The notes under the pieces are model-generated. The model was not told the DNA's origin. It saw only the letters and a list, made by a program, of their open reading frames with translations, and searched no databases. A program made the translations under genes and the position numbers. Shown in pieces: positions 1-9,349 of a stretch of DNA of 64,000 nt. Every line of letters begins with the position of its first letter. The first letter of the stretch is position 1. Source of the stretch: Clostridia bacterium (GTDB lineage Bacteria; Bacillota; Clostridia; TANB77; UBA1234); contig JAFWYG010000001.1 in the NCBI GenBank assembly GCA_017522765.1, positions 411,291 through 475,290 on the forward strand, written 5' to 3'.

Positions 1-484
1 GGTGAGGTTCATAAGAAGAAATTTTTGTTTCATCATTACAAACCGCACGAGGATTTTCAAAAATCTTCATCAGTGCATCAGGAGTAAGAGCTGCTTTGTC
101 AGGAGCATTCTGAATTGCATCGTAGATTTCATCGATAAGATCTTCAGCACGAACTACATATTTGCCGGCGTAATCGCCAACTGCAGAAGAGTGGATGATA
201 ATATCAATTTTGGTAGTTGCGAAAAGTTCGCGAAGCGCGTTCAGCAAATCGTCAGTAGAGTCGACAGTGATAAATTCAATTTTTCCACTTGTACTACGAG
301 GCTTGTAGGCCATTTTTGGAGAAATGTAATAAATGGTGTCAATAGCGTTGTAATACTGAGAGTGGGAAAGCAGAGTGTCTGCAATAACAGCGCCAAGAGC
401 GCCTGTAGACATATTGGTGATTTTCATGACTGCGTCGATTCTTTCGTTGGTAGGACCAGCGGTGATAACAATGTTCTTTTTCAT
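1..484 (-). CDS. coaB: phosphopantothenate--cysteine ligase (CoaB domain), 3' part runs off the window
   Basis: Reverse-strand translation begins MKKNIVITAGPTNERIDAVMKITNMSTGALG, which matches the CoaB N-terminal ITAGPT.E.ID.VR.I.N.SSG motif. SD GGAGGT lies 6 nt upstream of an ATG at 484-482. The ORF is open to the window edge. Confidence 0.6.
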   Translation of the reverse strand, partial: MKKNIVITAGPTNERIDAVMKITNMSTGALGAVIADTLLSHSQYYNAIDTIYYISPKMAYKPRSTSGKIEFITVDSTDDLLNALRELFATTKIDIIIHSSAVGDYAGKYVVRAEDLIDEIYDAIQNAPDKAALTPDALMKIFENPRAVCNDETKISSYEPH

Positions 485-498
485 TTTTCATACCTCCA

Positions 499-1347
499 TT
501 AATTTAAAATAGTGATGTCACGTGGATTGTTTAAGTATTTGTCACTTCTTCCAAAACGACTTAAAGATTCGTGAAATACAAATTTGCCATAAACAGTTTG
601 TGCGGTGCTTTTTTCAAGCGACAAGATGTGACATACGTTCTTTTTTGAATTTATGCCTTCGTCCACAAGCCAATCTTTTTCGTGAATAGAAATGGGACCG
701 TAAATATAGCTTTGACCATCACCATATGGGTGACCTTGATATGTGCTGATTGCATTCAAAACAAATGTGTAAATAGATTCGTTATGATTATGAATACATA
801 CGGTTTCTTCTTCAAAGACATGTGTGTTGGAATTAGAGCAGATTGCCAAGATGCCGAACAAATCTTTTTGTAATTCAGGATTGCGAGCGATGTAGTATGC
901 TGCATGGTAATATTCCATACAATTTAAGATGTAGATTTTTTTACCGTTAATCCAGAATTCATGTTCGCCAAGTTCATACGCGATAAATTCTTCTGGATTA
1001 ACAAATGTGATTTTTCTTGCCATAGGTTCTGCACCAGAGGCATATGCTTTAGGAATTTCGTACATTTTACCATCTTGGAAGACTACTGTGATATTGATAC
1101 CATTTTTATAGTGGCTACCGGCAACGATGATTCTGTTTTTCGAGAGTTCGATGTACTGTTGCTTGAACTTTTCTACATATGTCATTTCGGGGAAGAGTGC
1201 AATGTCAGGTTTGTGTGTGGAAATGAATGAAAAAGCCTTTTCGATTTGCGTTAAAACGTCTTCTGTTTCAATCAGATATTCGTTTTGACTATCGCAGTCA
1301 CACTGAATAGATAATTGAAACATGCATACGGATAAATAATTATTCAT
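499..1347 (-). CDS. carbon-nitrogen hydrolase (nitrilase/amidase superfamily) protein
   Basis: 282-aa ORF with a CN-hydrolase-like Glu (ALFPEM) ... Lys ... Cys (AICSNS) arrangement. It is directly upstream of and co-oriented with coaB. Confidence 0.6.
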   Translation of the reverse strand: MNNYLSVCMFQLSIQCDCDSQNEYLIETEDVLTQIEKAFSFISTHKPDIALFPEMTYVEKFKQQYIELSKNRIIVAGSHYKNGINITVVFQDGKMYEIPKAYASGAEPMARKITFVNPEEFIAYELGEHEFWINGKKIYILNCMEYYHAAYYIARNPELQKDLFGILAICSNSNTHVFEEETVCIHNHNESIYTFVLNAISTYQGHPYGDGQSYIYGPISIHEKDWLVDEGINSKKNVCHILSLEKSTAQTVYGKFVFHESLSRFGRSDKYLNNPRDITILN

Positions 1348-1450
1348 CAGTTTTACCTCCTTAAATTCTTTTTACAATTGCAGTATATGAGGTTTGATGA
1401 TATAATTCAAATACATAATATTCATATTTATTATAACTGGAGGTTATATA

Positions 1451-2349
1451 TGGAAATTAGCTATGAATCATATAAGATTTTTTATACTGTTGCTATACAT
1501 GGAAGTATAAGCAAAGCTGCGGAAGCTTTGTATATTTCTCAACCAGCAATTACTAAGTCAATAAAGAAACTCGAAAGTGAACTAGAAATAACTTTGTTTA
1601 ACAGAAGTCCAAAAGGTGTGACTCTAACTGAAAATGGCAAGGTGTTTTTTGAGTTTGTGAAAAATGGAATTGAAAGTTTTTTGAACGGAGAACACAAACT
1701 AACTTCTTTAAAAAACTTAGAGACGGGTACTATAAAAATAGGAGCGAGTACAACAGTAACAAAATACTTCTTACTTCCTTTTATTGAAGAGTTTCATAAA
1801 AAATATCCTAATATAGATATTTCAATTACAAATCATTTAACATCTACAATGATTTCAATGCTGAAAAAAGGTAGTTTGGATTTATTGATTGTAAATTTGC
1901 CAATGGAAGAAGATTCAGAACTAAAGGTTATACCTTGTAAAGAACTTCATGATTGCTTTGCGGGAAATAAAAAGTATAAAAAAGAAATTGATAAAAAAAT
2001 AAGTTTAAGAAAACTTGTTGAAGACTATCCAATAGTTACGCAGAAAGCGCCATCAAATACAAGAGCTTTCTTAAATCAACTTATGGAAAATCATGATATT
2101 AAGTTTCATCCAAAGTTTGATATTGTAAGTTATAGTCTTGTAAAAGACTTTGCTAAGATAGGGATGGGCGTATCATATATAACAAAGGAATTCACAGAAG
2201 AAGAGTTAAATAATGGGGAATTATTTGAGATTCCTATTAAAGAAAAAATTCCAGATAGAGGGTTAGGAATAGTTTTTCCTAAAAATATGATATCAAGCTT
2301 TGCTACTCAGGAATTTATAGATATAATATTAAGTGAAAAGAAAAAGTAA
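1451..2349 (+). CDS. LysR-family transcriptional regulator
   Basis: N-terminal HTH YKIFYTVAIHGSISKAAEALYISQPAITKSIKKLE. It is divergent from the CN-hydrolase gene. SD GGAGG precedes the ATG at 1451; the tracked ORF starts earlier at 1378. Confidence 0.85.
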
Positions 2350-2352
2350 GAG

Positions 2353-2793
2353 GTGATTGTTTTGTTGTATACAAGTTTAACTAAAAAGGCTATGAAAATA
2401 GCTTTTGAAGCACATAAAGAGCAAGTTGATAAAACGGGAATGCCGTACATTTATCATCCTATTCATTTAGCAGAACAAATGAAGGATGAAAATACAATTT
2501 GTGTTGCACTATTACACGATGTGGTAGAAGATACAGATATGACATTCGAAGATTTAGAAAGAGAAGGTTTTACAAAAGAAATAATTGATGCGTTAAAACT
2601 TTTAACTCATGATGAAGCAGTGCCATATTTAGACTATGTTAGAGAAATAAAAAACAATCCAATTGCAACTGCAGTAAAACTTGCAGATTTAAATCATAAC
2701 AGTGATTTGACTAGACTTGATGTGATTGATGAGAAAGCACAAGAACGTGTAGAAAAATATAAAAAATCAATCGCGATATTAACAGAAGGGTGA
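2353..2793 (+). CDS. small HD-domain (RelA/SpoT-type) hydrolase, putative small alarmone hydrolase
   Basis: HD motif region YIYHPIHLAEQM...ALLHDVVEDTD...KLADLNHN. The start codon is uncertain (GTG 2353 or TTG 2362). Confidence 0.65.
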   Translation: MIVLLYTSLTKKAMKIAFEAHKEQVDKTGMPYIYHPIHLAEQMKDENTICVALLHDVVEDTDMTFEDLEREGFTKEIIDALKLLTHDEAVPYLDYVREIKNNPIATAVKLADLNHNSDLTRLDVIDEKAQERVEKYKKSIAILTEG

Positions 2794-2801
2794 TGTAAGA
2801 A

Positions 2802-3332
2802 ATGAAAGTATTAATGGGAACTAAAAATCCTGGAAAAATAGAAGGAGCTAAACTTGCCTTTGAAAGATATTTTGATGATGTAGAAATCGTTGGAATACCT
2901 GTAAGTTCAGATGTAAGTGCACAACCACTTAATGATGAAATTTATAAAGGTGCTAGAAATAGAGTAGACAACTTAAAAAAATATGCTAAAGAGAATAATA
3001 TAGAAGCAGATTTTTATATTGCTAGTGAAGCTGGAATAATGAATTACTTTAAAGAATGGATAGATATAAATTTAGTTGTTGTAGAAAATAAAGATGGTCT
3101 TGAAAGTGTAGCAACAAGTCAAGGGTTCCCTATACCTGAAAAGTATATGGACGAGATAAAAGCAACAGAATTAAGTAATGTTATGGATAGATTATTTGAA
3201 GGGAAAAATTTAGGTCAAGGCAAAGGCGGTATTAGAGTTTTGACTAAGGACGAAGTAACAAGAGTAGATCTTACAAGAAGTGCGTTTGTAATGGCACTTA
3301 CAAAATATATAAATGGAGATGTATGGCAATAA
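2802..3332 (+). CDS. yjjX: inosine/xanthosine triphosphatase (YjjX/NTPase_I-T family)
   Basis: MKVLMGTKNPGKIEGAKLAF...GARNR...ASEAGI pattern typical of the YjjX family. SD GAAGGGTG. Confidence 0.7.
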   Translation: MKVLMGTKNPGKIEGAKLAFERYFDDVEIVGIPVSSDVSAQPLNDEIYKGARNRVDNLKKYAKENNIEADFYIASEAGIMNYFKEWIDINLVVVENKDGLESVATSQGFPIPEKYMDEIKATELSNVMDRLFEGKNLGQGKGGIRVLTKDEVTRVDLTRSAFVMALTKYINGDVWQ

Positions 3333-3357
3333 AACAATAAGATGAAAAGGTGATTTT

Positions 3358-4569
3358 ATGAGATTACTAACAATTCCAAAAGATAAATATGATGAGTACC
3401 GATTAAATTTAATTTTCGATTGCTACAAGTGGGATCCTCAATTTCAAGATAATAACACTGTAGCTAAACATGTTCTTGTAATTACGAAAGAAGAGCATGA
3501 AGAATTAAAAAAATTAACTGAGGCAATAGATAAAGAAACGATAGATGCGGAAAAATATTTAAATGAAAATCAAAAGTATGCGAAGCCTTTAAACTTACCA
3601 AAAGAAATAACTAAAGAATTAAAGTTGATGAAAAATTATGATGCTGAAAAACATGTTAGATTAATGCGTTATGATTTTCATCCTACTATTGATGGTTGGA
3701 ATATAAGTGAAGTTAATAGTGATGTTCCCGGAGGTTTTGCAGAAGCTTCTTTGATGCCACAAGTTGCTAAATATTTATTTAAAGATGAAGCATTATGGCA
3801 TATAAACTTTGGCGATATTTTAACTGGGGCTATTGCTAAAAAAGTTAGACCGGGTGGAAGAATCATGCTTGTACACTGCACATCATATAGTGATGACAGA
3901 CAAGTTATGGAATACTTAGGCGACAAACTTGAGACAATGGGATTTAAGGTTATATATGGCGCAGCAGAGCATGTATTATTTAAAGAGCAAAAAGCGTATT
4001 GCATTCTTTATGGAAATGAAGGTCCGTTGGATGGGATCTTTAGATTTACTCCTTTGGAGTGGTTAAAAGATATTAAGCCTAAATATTGGGATGGATATTT
4101 TGATACAATAACTCCTTCATGTAATCATCCTGTTGCAATCTTTGCTCAAACAAAAAGATTTCCATTAGTGTGGGATAGATTAGAGTTAGAAGGATTAACT
4201 TTAACAAATTGGAAGAGATTGTTGCCAAAAACAGTTGAAGTAAAAGATGCAAAAGGTCAAAAAGGATTTATATATAAGCCTGCATGTGGAAGAGTTGGGG
4301 AAAAGATTTCTATAAAAGAAGCTTGTGATGAAAAAGAGTATGAAGATATTTTGAGAGAAGTTAAGAAAAAACCAAAAGAATATCTTGCTCAAAAGAAATT
4401 TATTAGTAAGCCTTTAACAAGTGAAGAAGGCGAACAATTTCATGTGTGCTTAGGTTCATATACTGTTGATGGAAAGCACGCTGGGTATTATGCAAGAATA
4501 AGTGATAAACCACGTATAGATTCTAGAGCGGCCGACATTCCAGTATTAATTGAAGGGAGTGAAGAGTAA
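3358..4569 (+). CDS. glutathionylspermidine-synthase-family ATP-grasp ligase (GspS/YgiC-like)
   Basis: RYDFHPTIDGWNISEVNSDVPGG resembles YgiC [22 protein letters not shown]. 403 aa. Its stop TAA overlaps the ATG of the next ORF (TAATG). Confidence 0.65.
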   Translation: MRLLTIPKDKYDEYRLNLIFDCYKWDPQFQDNNTVAKHVLVITKEEHEELKKLTEAIDKETIDAEKYLNENQKYAKPLNLPKEITKELKLMKNYDAEKHVRLMRYDFHPTIDGWNISEVNSDVPGGFAEASLMPQVAKYLFKDEALWHINFGDILTGAIAKKVRPGGRIMLVHCTSYSDDRQVMEYLGDKLETMGFKVIYGAAEHVLFKEQKAYCILYGNEGPLDGIFRFTPLEWLKDIKPKYWDGYFDTITPSCNHPVAIFAQTKRFPLVWDRLELEGLTLTNWKRLLPKTVEVKDAKGQKGFIYKPACGRVGEKISIKEACDEKEYEDILREVKKKPKEYLAQKKFISKPLTSEEGEQFHVCLGSYTVDGKHAGYYARISDKPRIDSRAADIPVLIEGSEE

Positions 4570-5243
4570 TGCTTACGAATAGAGAAGTCTATAAAATATG
4601 GGCACCGGCTGGCGCTAAATGGGTAGATTGGGTACGACCAGTACCATTTGTAGAAATAAAAGATTATTCAAAATCGTATAAGTTTTCAAATCTTTCAATT
4701 CCTAAATTAATATATTTAAGCGAGTTGCCAGAAAATACAGCGATTTTTTTAGATCTACCAGGATATGATGCAATAAAAGAAGGTCTTGCATTAGCTAGAT
4801 TTGGAATGAGACCAATTCCTATATATAATGGAACAAATGAGCAAGTGGGCTCTAGAGCAACTGTAGATAATCATGCTGTAGAATTTGGATTATGGTGGGG
4901 AGCAAAAGAGCTACAAAAAATGCAAATAAAAGAAGATGCGCTACCAGTATTTTTATTAGATTCAAATCGTGTTGATCGATACAAAATGAGTGTTACTGTG
5001 TTCGATAATAGCTGGGATATATATCCGCAAGACGTACCTTCGGCTGAATATTTTTTAAACAACGGAATTAATAAAATTATCTTAAGAACAAAAGATGAAG
5101 CAAATGTTGATTTGAAAAAAATTCTATATAAGTATCAAGAAGCTGGTATAAAAATATATTATACAGATGGCTATATAGAACCTGTTGAAGCAGATGTATT
5201 AAAAATAAAAACATTAAAAAGAGCACCACATAAGGATGAGTAG
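4569..5243 (+). CDS. hypothetical protein (224 aa), translationally coupled between the ATP-grasp ligase and the HSS-like gene
   Basis: Uninterrupted ORF with host-like codon usage. Its start overlaps the upstream stop. No motif was recognised. Confidence 0.55.
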   Translation: MLTNREVYKIWAPAGAKWVDWVRPVPFVEIKDYSKSYKFSNLSIPKLIYLSELPENTAIFLDLPGYDAIKEGLALARFGMRPIPIYNGTNEQVGSRATVDNHAVEFGLWWGAKELQKMQIKEDALPVFLLDSNRVDRYKMSVTVFDNSWDIYPQDVPSAEYFLNNGINKIILRTKDEANVDLKKILYKYQEAGIKIYYTDGYIEPVEADVLKIKTLKRAPHKDE

Positions 5244-5258
5244 TAGAGAGGTAATCAA

Positions 5259-6731
5259 ATGATAAAATTTGAAGGAAACATTGTTCAATTCGGTTTTGGA
5301 GCAGTTGGAAAAAGTTTCTTTGAAAAGCTTCCAAAAGAAATAGATTATAACGAAAATAAATACTATGTTATTACTAGAGATAATTATGAGTTTCAAGCGT
5401 ATGTTAATTTGGGTGGAATAGTTGCTAATTTTATAACAGCCGATGTTAATAAAGAAAACTTTGCAGATATATTTAGCAAATATCTTAGTGAAGGAGATTT
5501 GTTGATAGATTTTGCAGATACAGTTGGCACAAGGGATATATGTAATTGGTGTGCTGAAAATAATATCATGTACCTAAATACAGGAGAAGCTGACTGGCCT
5601 GAAAATTGGTATAGTATTTTTAACGAAAATGAACTGAAAAAAGAGCTTAGAGAAAAGCATAAACAAACAACTAACACAAATAAATATCCTATAGTTTTAC
5701 AACATGGAAATAATCCTGGATTAGTTTCATACTTTGTAAAAGAGGGAATAGAGTATATTGCTAGAACACAATATAAGCATAATAAAGAATTAAAAAACTT
5801 TATAAAAAATAAACAATATAACGAAGCTGCAAGATTACTTGATATAAAACAAATTCACGTAAACGATATTGATTTACAAGAAGTTAAAGGCGAGAATAAC
5901 GATGACACATTGTTTAGTACTTGGTGTACAGATTCATTTTGGTTTGAAATGCTTAGTGAAGCAACAATGAATTTCGGTACACATGAGCAAATAGATTTTG
6001 AAGATGAATGTAATTTGGTGAATAAAGAAAAAGGTTACATTGAGTTTAAAAAATTAGCGGCAGATAGGAGATGTCGTACATATTATCCGAATGGACCTTT
6101 TGAAGGTTTTTTAGTTCCGCATGAAGAAACAATTACAATTGCTCAAAATTTAGAAGTAAAGGAAAATGGTAAGAGTGTATATAGACCATCTACAATGTTT
6201 ATATATCAACCTTGCAACTATGCTGTAAATTACTTTAATAAAGCTAAAGTAAATGAGTATCCAAATCCTGATCCAAATAAACCTCAAGATGTTGAGGACC
6301 CTAATGGTAAAACTATTATACGAGGATATGAATATCCAGCCAAAGCAGAAATTCTTTATCAAGAAAAAATATCTTCAGGAACTGAATATGTAGGAGTGCT
6401 TTTGATTGGCGAAAAATTTAAACCAGTTTGGGTAGGAAATAGGATTGAACAAAAGTTTTTATATAAAAATAAAAAAGATTCTTATTGGCAGACGCCAACA
6501 ATCACACCTGTTGCAATGTCAGCTTTAGCTGGAGTATGCTGGATGTTGAAAAATAAAGATAAGGGAGGGATATATTTCCCAGATGATATACCAGAGCATA
6601 AAGAAATATTAAAACTGGCGGAAAAATATATTTCAAAAACAATATATAAAACATTAAAAAAAGATGATTTGGAAGCTAGTATGAAAATAGATTTTTCAAA
6701 CTTACAAACAAAAGATATATTTGTAAAATAA
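5259..6731 (+). CDS. homospermidine synthase-like NAD-dependent enzyme (saccharopine-dehydrogenase fold)
   Basis: N-terminal Rossmann FGFGAVGKS. The internal VYRPSTMFIYQPCNYAV and GVLLIGEKFKPVWVGN segments resemble the bacterial HSS VYRPT..Y.YHPCNDAV and GVLLYG...W.G blocks. 490 aa. SD GAGAGGTAA. Confidence 0.5.
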   Translation: MIKFEGNIVQFGFGAVGKSFFEKLPKEIDYNENKYYVITRDNYEFQAYVNLGGIVANFITADVNKENFADIFSKYLSEGDLLIDFADTVGTRDICNWCAENNIMYLNTGEADWPENWYSIFNENELKKELREKHKQTTNTNKYPIVLQHGNNPGLVSYFVKEGIEYIARTQYKHNKELKNFIKNKQYNEAARLLDIKQIHVNDIDLQEVKGENNDDTLFSTWCTDSFWFEMLSEATMNFGTHEQIDFEDECNLVNKEKGYIEFKKLAADRRCRTYYPNGPFEGFLVPHEETITIAQNLEVKENGKSVYRPSTMFIYQPCNYAVNYFNKAKVNEYPNPDPNKPQDVEDPNGKTIIRGYEYPAKAEILYQEKISSGTEYVGVLLIGEKFKPVWVGNRIEQKFLYKNKKDSYWQTPTITPVAMSALAGVCWMLKNKDKGGIYFPDDIPEHKEILKLAEKYISKTIYKTLKKDDLEASMKIDFSNLQTKDIFVK

Positions 6732-6740
6732 TAAAAATAA

Positions 6741-6776
6741 AAGAGAAGATTTTTTGAATCTTCTCTTTTATTTTTG
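6741..6776. terminator. bidirectional intrinsic terminator between convergent genes
   Basis: AGAGAAGATT/AATCTTCTCT hairpin flanked by T/A runs. Confidence 0.7.
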
Positions 6777-6802
6777 TGGTTAAGTTTTGTGGAATCACTG
6801 TA

Positions 6803-9145
6803 TTAGTGACCGCCACCGCCACCGCCGCCTCCACGGCCACCGCCATAACCACCACTATATCCGCCTGAGCGTGCAGTGTGTGATGCTGAGCGAGTTGCTG
6901 ATCTAAATGATCTACTTGAAGAACGGAAACTTGAAGATCTGTAATATCCATTGCTTAATAATGGACTTTCAGAGATTTCAGGGCATCTTATTCTTAATGC
7001 TTTAACAACTTTTTCTGAAATACCAAATGCAGTAGCATAAATTAAGTATTTTTCCCATATAGGTAATTCGATAAGTGTACGTTCATTCATAAGTGTTTCA
7101 CTATTTAAGAAGTTGTATAATCCTCTCCATTTTTGGTATTCGTCTTCACCTTTTTGAGTAAGTAAAATATATTTTGCAGCTATTTTTTTGATGTGACGAC
7201 CACACAAAATAGAAACAATTATAAATATAAAGTATGATCCGTATGCTGTACCAACTCTTGTAGCTAAAGAACCCATTAAGAAGAAAAATGTTAAAATAGG
7301 GAACACATATGTATATGTCGCAGCCTTTGCATTAAGTTCATTTCTTGGTTCTTTATATTTTGCTTTTTGGAAGTATCCTTCATTAACACCAATTTCAACA
7401 ACAGTTTTATCAAATGCTTTTACAAATGAGTCTGTATGTTCATAGTCTCTTAGTACATTTGCTTGGAATACGCTCAAAGGTATTTCTCCAAAAGTAGAAT
7501 AACGAACAATTAAGTTGAAGTATAATTCTTCTGTAGGAGATAGAGCTTCAAACATTTCACCTGGAATAGGTTCTTCTGAAACGGGTTCTTCAGGAATAGT
7601 AGTAGCAGTTAAATCTGTAAAACTTGAATCTTCTGAAGATAAATCGGTGAATGGTTTTTCATCAACTGGAACGAATCCAGAAAAACTTGAAGAACTTGCT
7701 CCGAAAATTTCCATTTCATTAATAGCTGTATCAAATGAACGTTGAAGTGACGCTCTTGCTAATGCCATAGGATCATTTGGATCAATGTTTTCAAATGGAT
7801 TAGTTGGATTATCTGAATAAGTTGGTGGTGTTCTGTGAATAGTTGGATTGTATTTTATTACAATTTTTATATTCTTTTTAACCCAGTCAAGCATTGGATT
7901 TATACGTTCTAATTCTATATATTTTTTACGAACAAGGCTTAGCATTGCAGCTGAATATCCATCGCGTGGTTCAGCTGAATTTTCATCGCTAACATCTTTT
8001 TTATCTTTACAGAAAACTAAGTGAGTAGCGAAGTTTGGATCTAAGTCACTTGGTATATCTCTAAAGTATTGTATTTCTTGTTCTGGTGTATAGAATTGAT
8101 GCTTATCTCGAACTTTATTTTCAACATTCTTTGTTCTTTTTGCAATAAAGATAGTTAATGCAATCAAAGCAATAAAAGTAAATGTTTTTTGTACTTTACC
8201 ATCTTTATATTCTTGAACATATTCTTGGTATTCTTCATTTATTTCATCAAGAGCAATATCATCATAATAACGATTTCGTGGAGCGAAATCTGTGAATTTG
8301 TGTTTGTCTACACCATATGAAACTAATTCAAACTCAATAAATTCAGTGAAGTTATCAAACTTTAAATCAGAACCATCAAGTTCAATTAAGAAAGTGTGAT
8401 ATCCTGGATTTAAAGTATCAGACTCTGAATATTCAAATTCGTTTTTCTTAGTACCATAGGTATATACATTATAGAAACCTTCTGCAGGCATATCGTCATC
8501 CTCAATCAAGATTTGAGCTTTGAAAGAATCTAGATGGTTAATTGTTTCTTCAGAATACATGCACAAATATAAATCTGAACAGTCTGCATATCTAAATGCT
8601 GCATTCGTCATTTCGTATTGAAGCTCAAAAACTAATTCTTCACGATATGTACCTGGAATGTAGAAGAATACACATTCATATTGTCTACGATATTCGTTGT
8701 ATGGTCCGGGACTGTAAAACCATTTGTATGGTCCAGTACTAGCATATTGTCCTGTATAATCCCAATCTTCCCAATAAAGCTTTGAACTTTCTTTATAATT
8801 TTTAGTGGTTCCATCATCAAAAATTTGTTTAACGTAATTTACTTTGTAATCTGTTTTCAAACCATCTGTTGTAGACTCTGGCAAATCTCTCCATAGTTCC
8901 CAGAAAAGATTATCACGAGAAGCAGCGTGGATGTCATAAGTTAAACGTTCTGTTACAACAACTTTTGCTTCTGCTCCAGGTTCATCTACAAGAACAGCTG
9001 TATAATCAACATCTGTTATACGAGCGTAGTCATTAATTCCTGTACTTTCCTCACTATCAAATTCACTTACTATAGAAGAAAACATTCCCACAAACATAAT
9101 GAATATTATGAAGAAAATGTACATTTTTAAAAGGGTATTGTTCAT
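6803..9145 (-). CDS. DUF2207-family membrane protein with Gly-rich C-terminal tail
   Basis: 780 aa with an N-terminal signal/TM, a large extracytoplasmic region and a C-terminal TM cluster. The tail SSSFRSSSRSF...GGYSGGYGGGRGGGGGGGGH is typical of DUF2207 proteins. Confidence 0.55.
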   Translation of the reverse strand: MNNTLLKMYIFFIIFIMFVGMFSSIVSEFDSEESTGINDYARITDVDYTAVLVDEPGAEAKVVVTERLTYDIHAASRDNLFWELWRDLPESTTDGLKTDYKVNYVKQIFDDGTTKNYKESSKLYWEDWDYTGQYASTGPYKWFYSPGPYNEYRRQYECVFFYIPGTYREELVFELQYEMTNAAFRYADCSDLYLCMYSEETINHLDSFKAQILIEDDDMPAEGFYNVYTYGTKKNEFEYSESDTLNPGYHTFLIELDGSDLKFDNFTEFIEFELVSYGVDKHKFTDFAPRNRYYDDIALDEINEEYQEYVQEYKDGKVQKTFTFIALIALTIFIAKRTKNVENKVRDKHQFYTPEQEIQYFRDIPSDLDPNFATHLVFCKDKKDVSDENSAEPRDGYSAAMLSLVRKKYIELERINPMLDWVKKNIKIVIKYNPTIHRTPPTYSDNPTNPFENIDPNDPMALARASLQRSFDTAINEMEIFGASSSSFSGFVPVDEKPFTDLSSEDSSFTDLTATTIPEEPVSEEPIPGEMFEALSPTEELYFNLIVRYSTFGEIPLSVFQANVLRDYEHTDSFVKAFDKTVVEIGVNEGYFQKAKYKEPRNELNAKAATYTYVFPILTFFFLMGSLATRVGTAYGSYFIFIIVSILCGRHIKKIAAKYILLTQKGEDEYQKWRGLYNFLNSETLMNERTLIELPIWEKYLIYATAFGISEKVVKALRIRCPEISESPLLSNGYYRSSSFRSSSRSFRSATRSASHTARSGGYSGGYGGGRGGGGGGGGH

Positions 9146-9278
9146 GCGTTACCTCTCTTTCGTACTTTGTATTTAACTAACACATTTAGTATATATGAAA
9201 TGAAGAATAAAAGTAAATAGAGTGTGACTTTTATGTGAAAAAAGTTTGATGAAAAAAGTTTTTTGTAAGCTCAAATCA

Positions 9279-9308
9279 TTGACATAACTGGATTGGGGTG
9301 ATATATTG
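9279..9308 (+). promoter_or_regulatory. sigma-A-type promoter upstream of the radical SAM gene
   Basis: TTGACA, a 17-nt spacer, then TATATT. Confidence 0.4.
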
Positions 9309-9349
9309 AACGCGAAAAAACAATCTGTAGATAAGGAGGAAGACTTCTA

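Noticed and set aside
2-502. 166-aa + strand ORF at the window start
   Set aside because: The opposite strand encodes a clean CoaB N-terminal domain with an SD. The + frame translation is Cys/Arg/Phe-rich nonsense.
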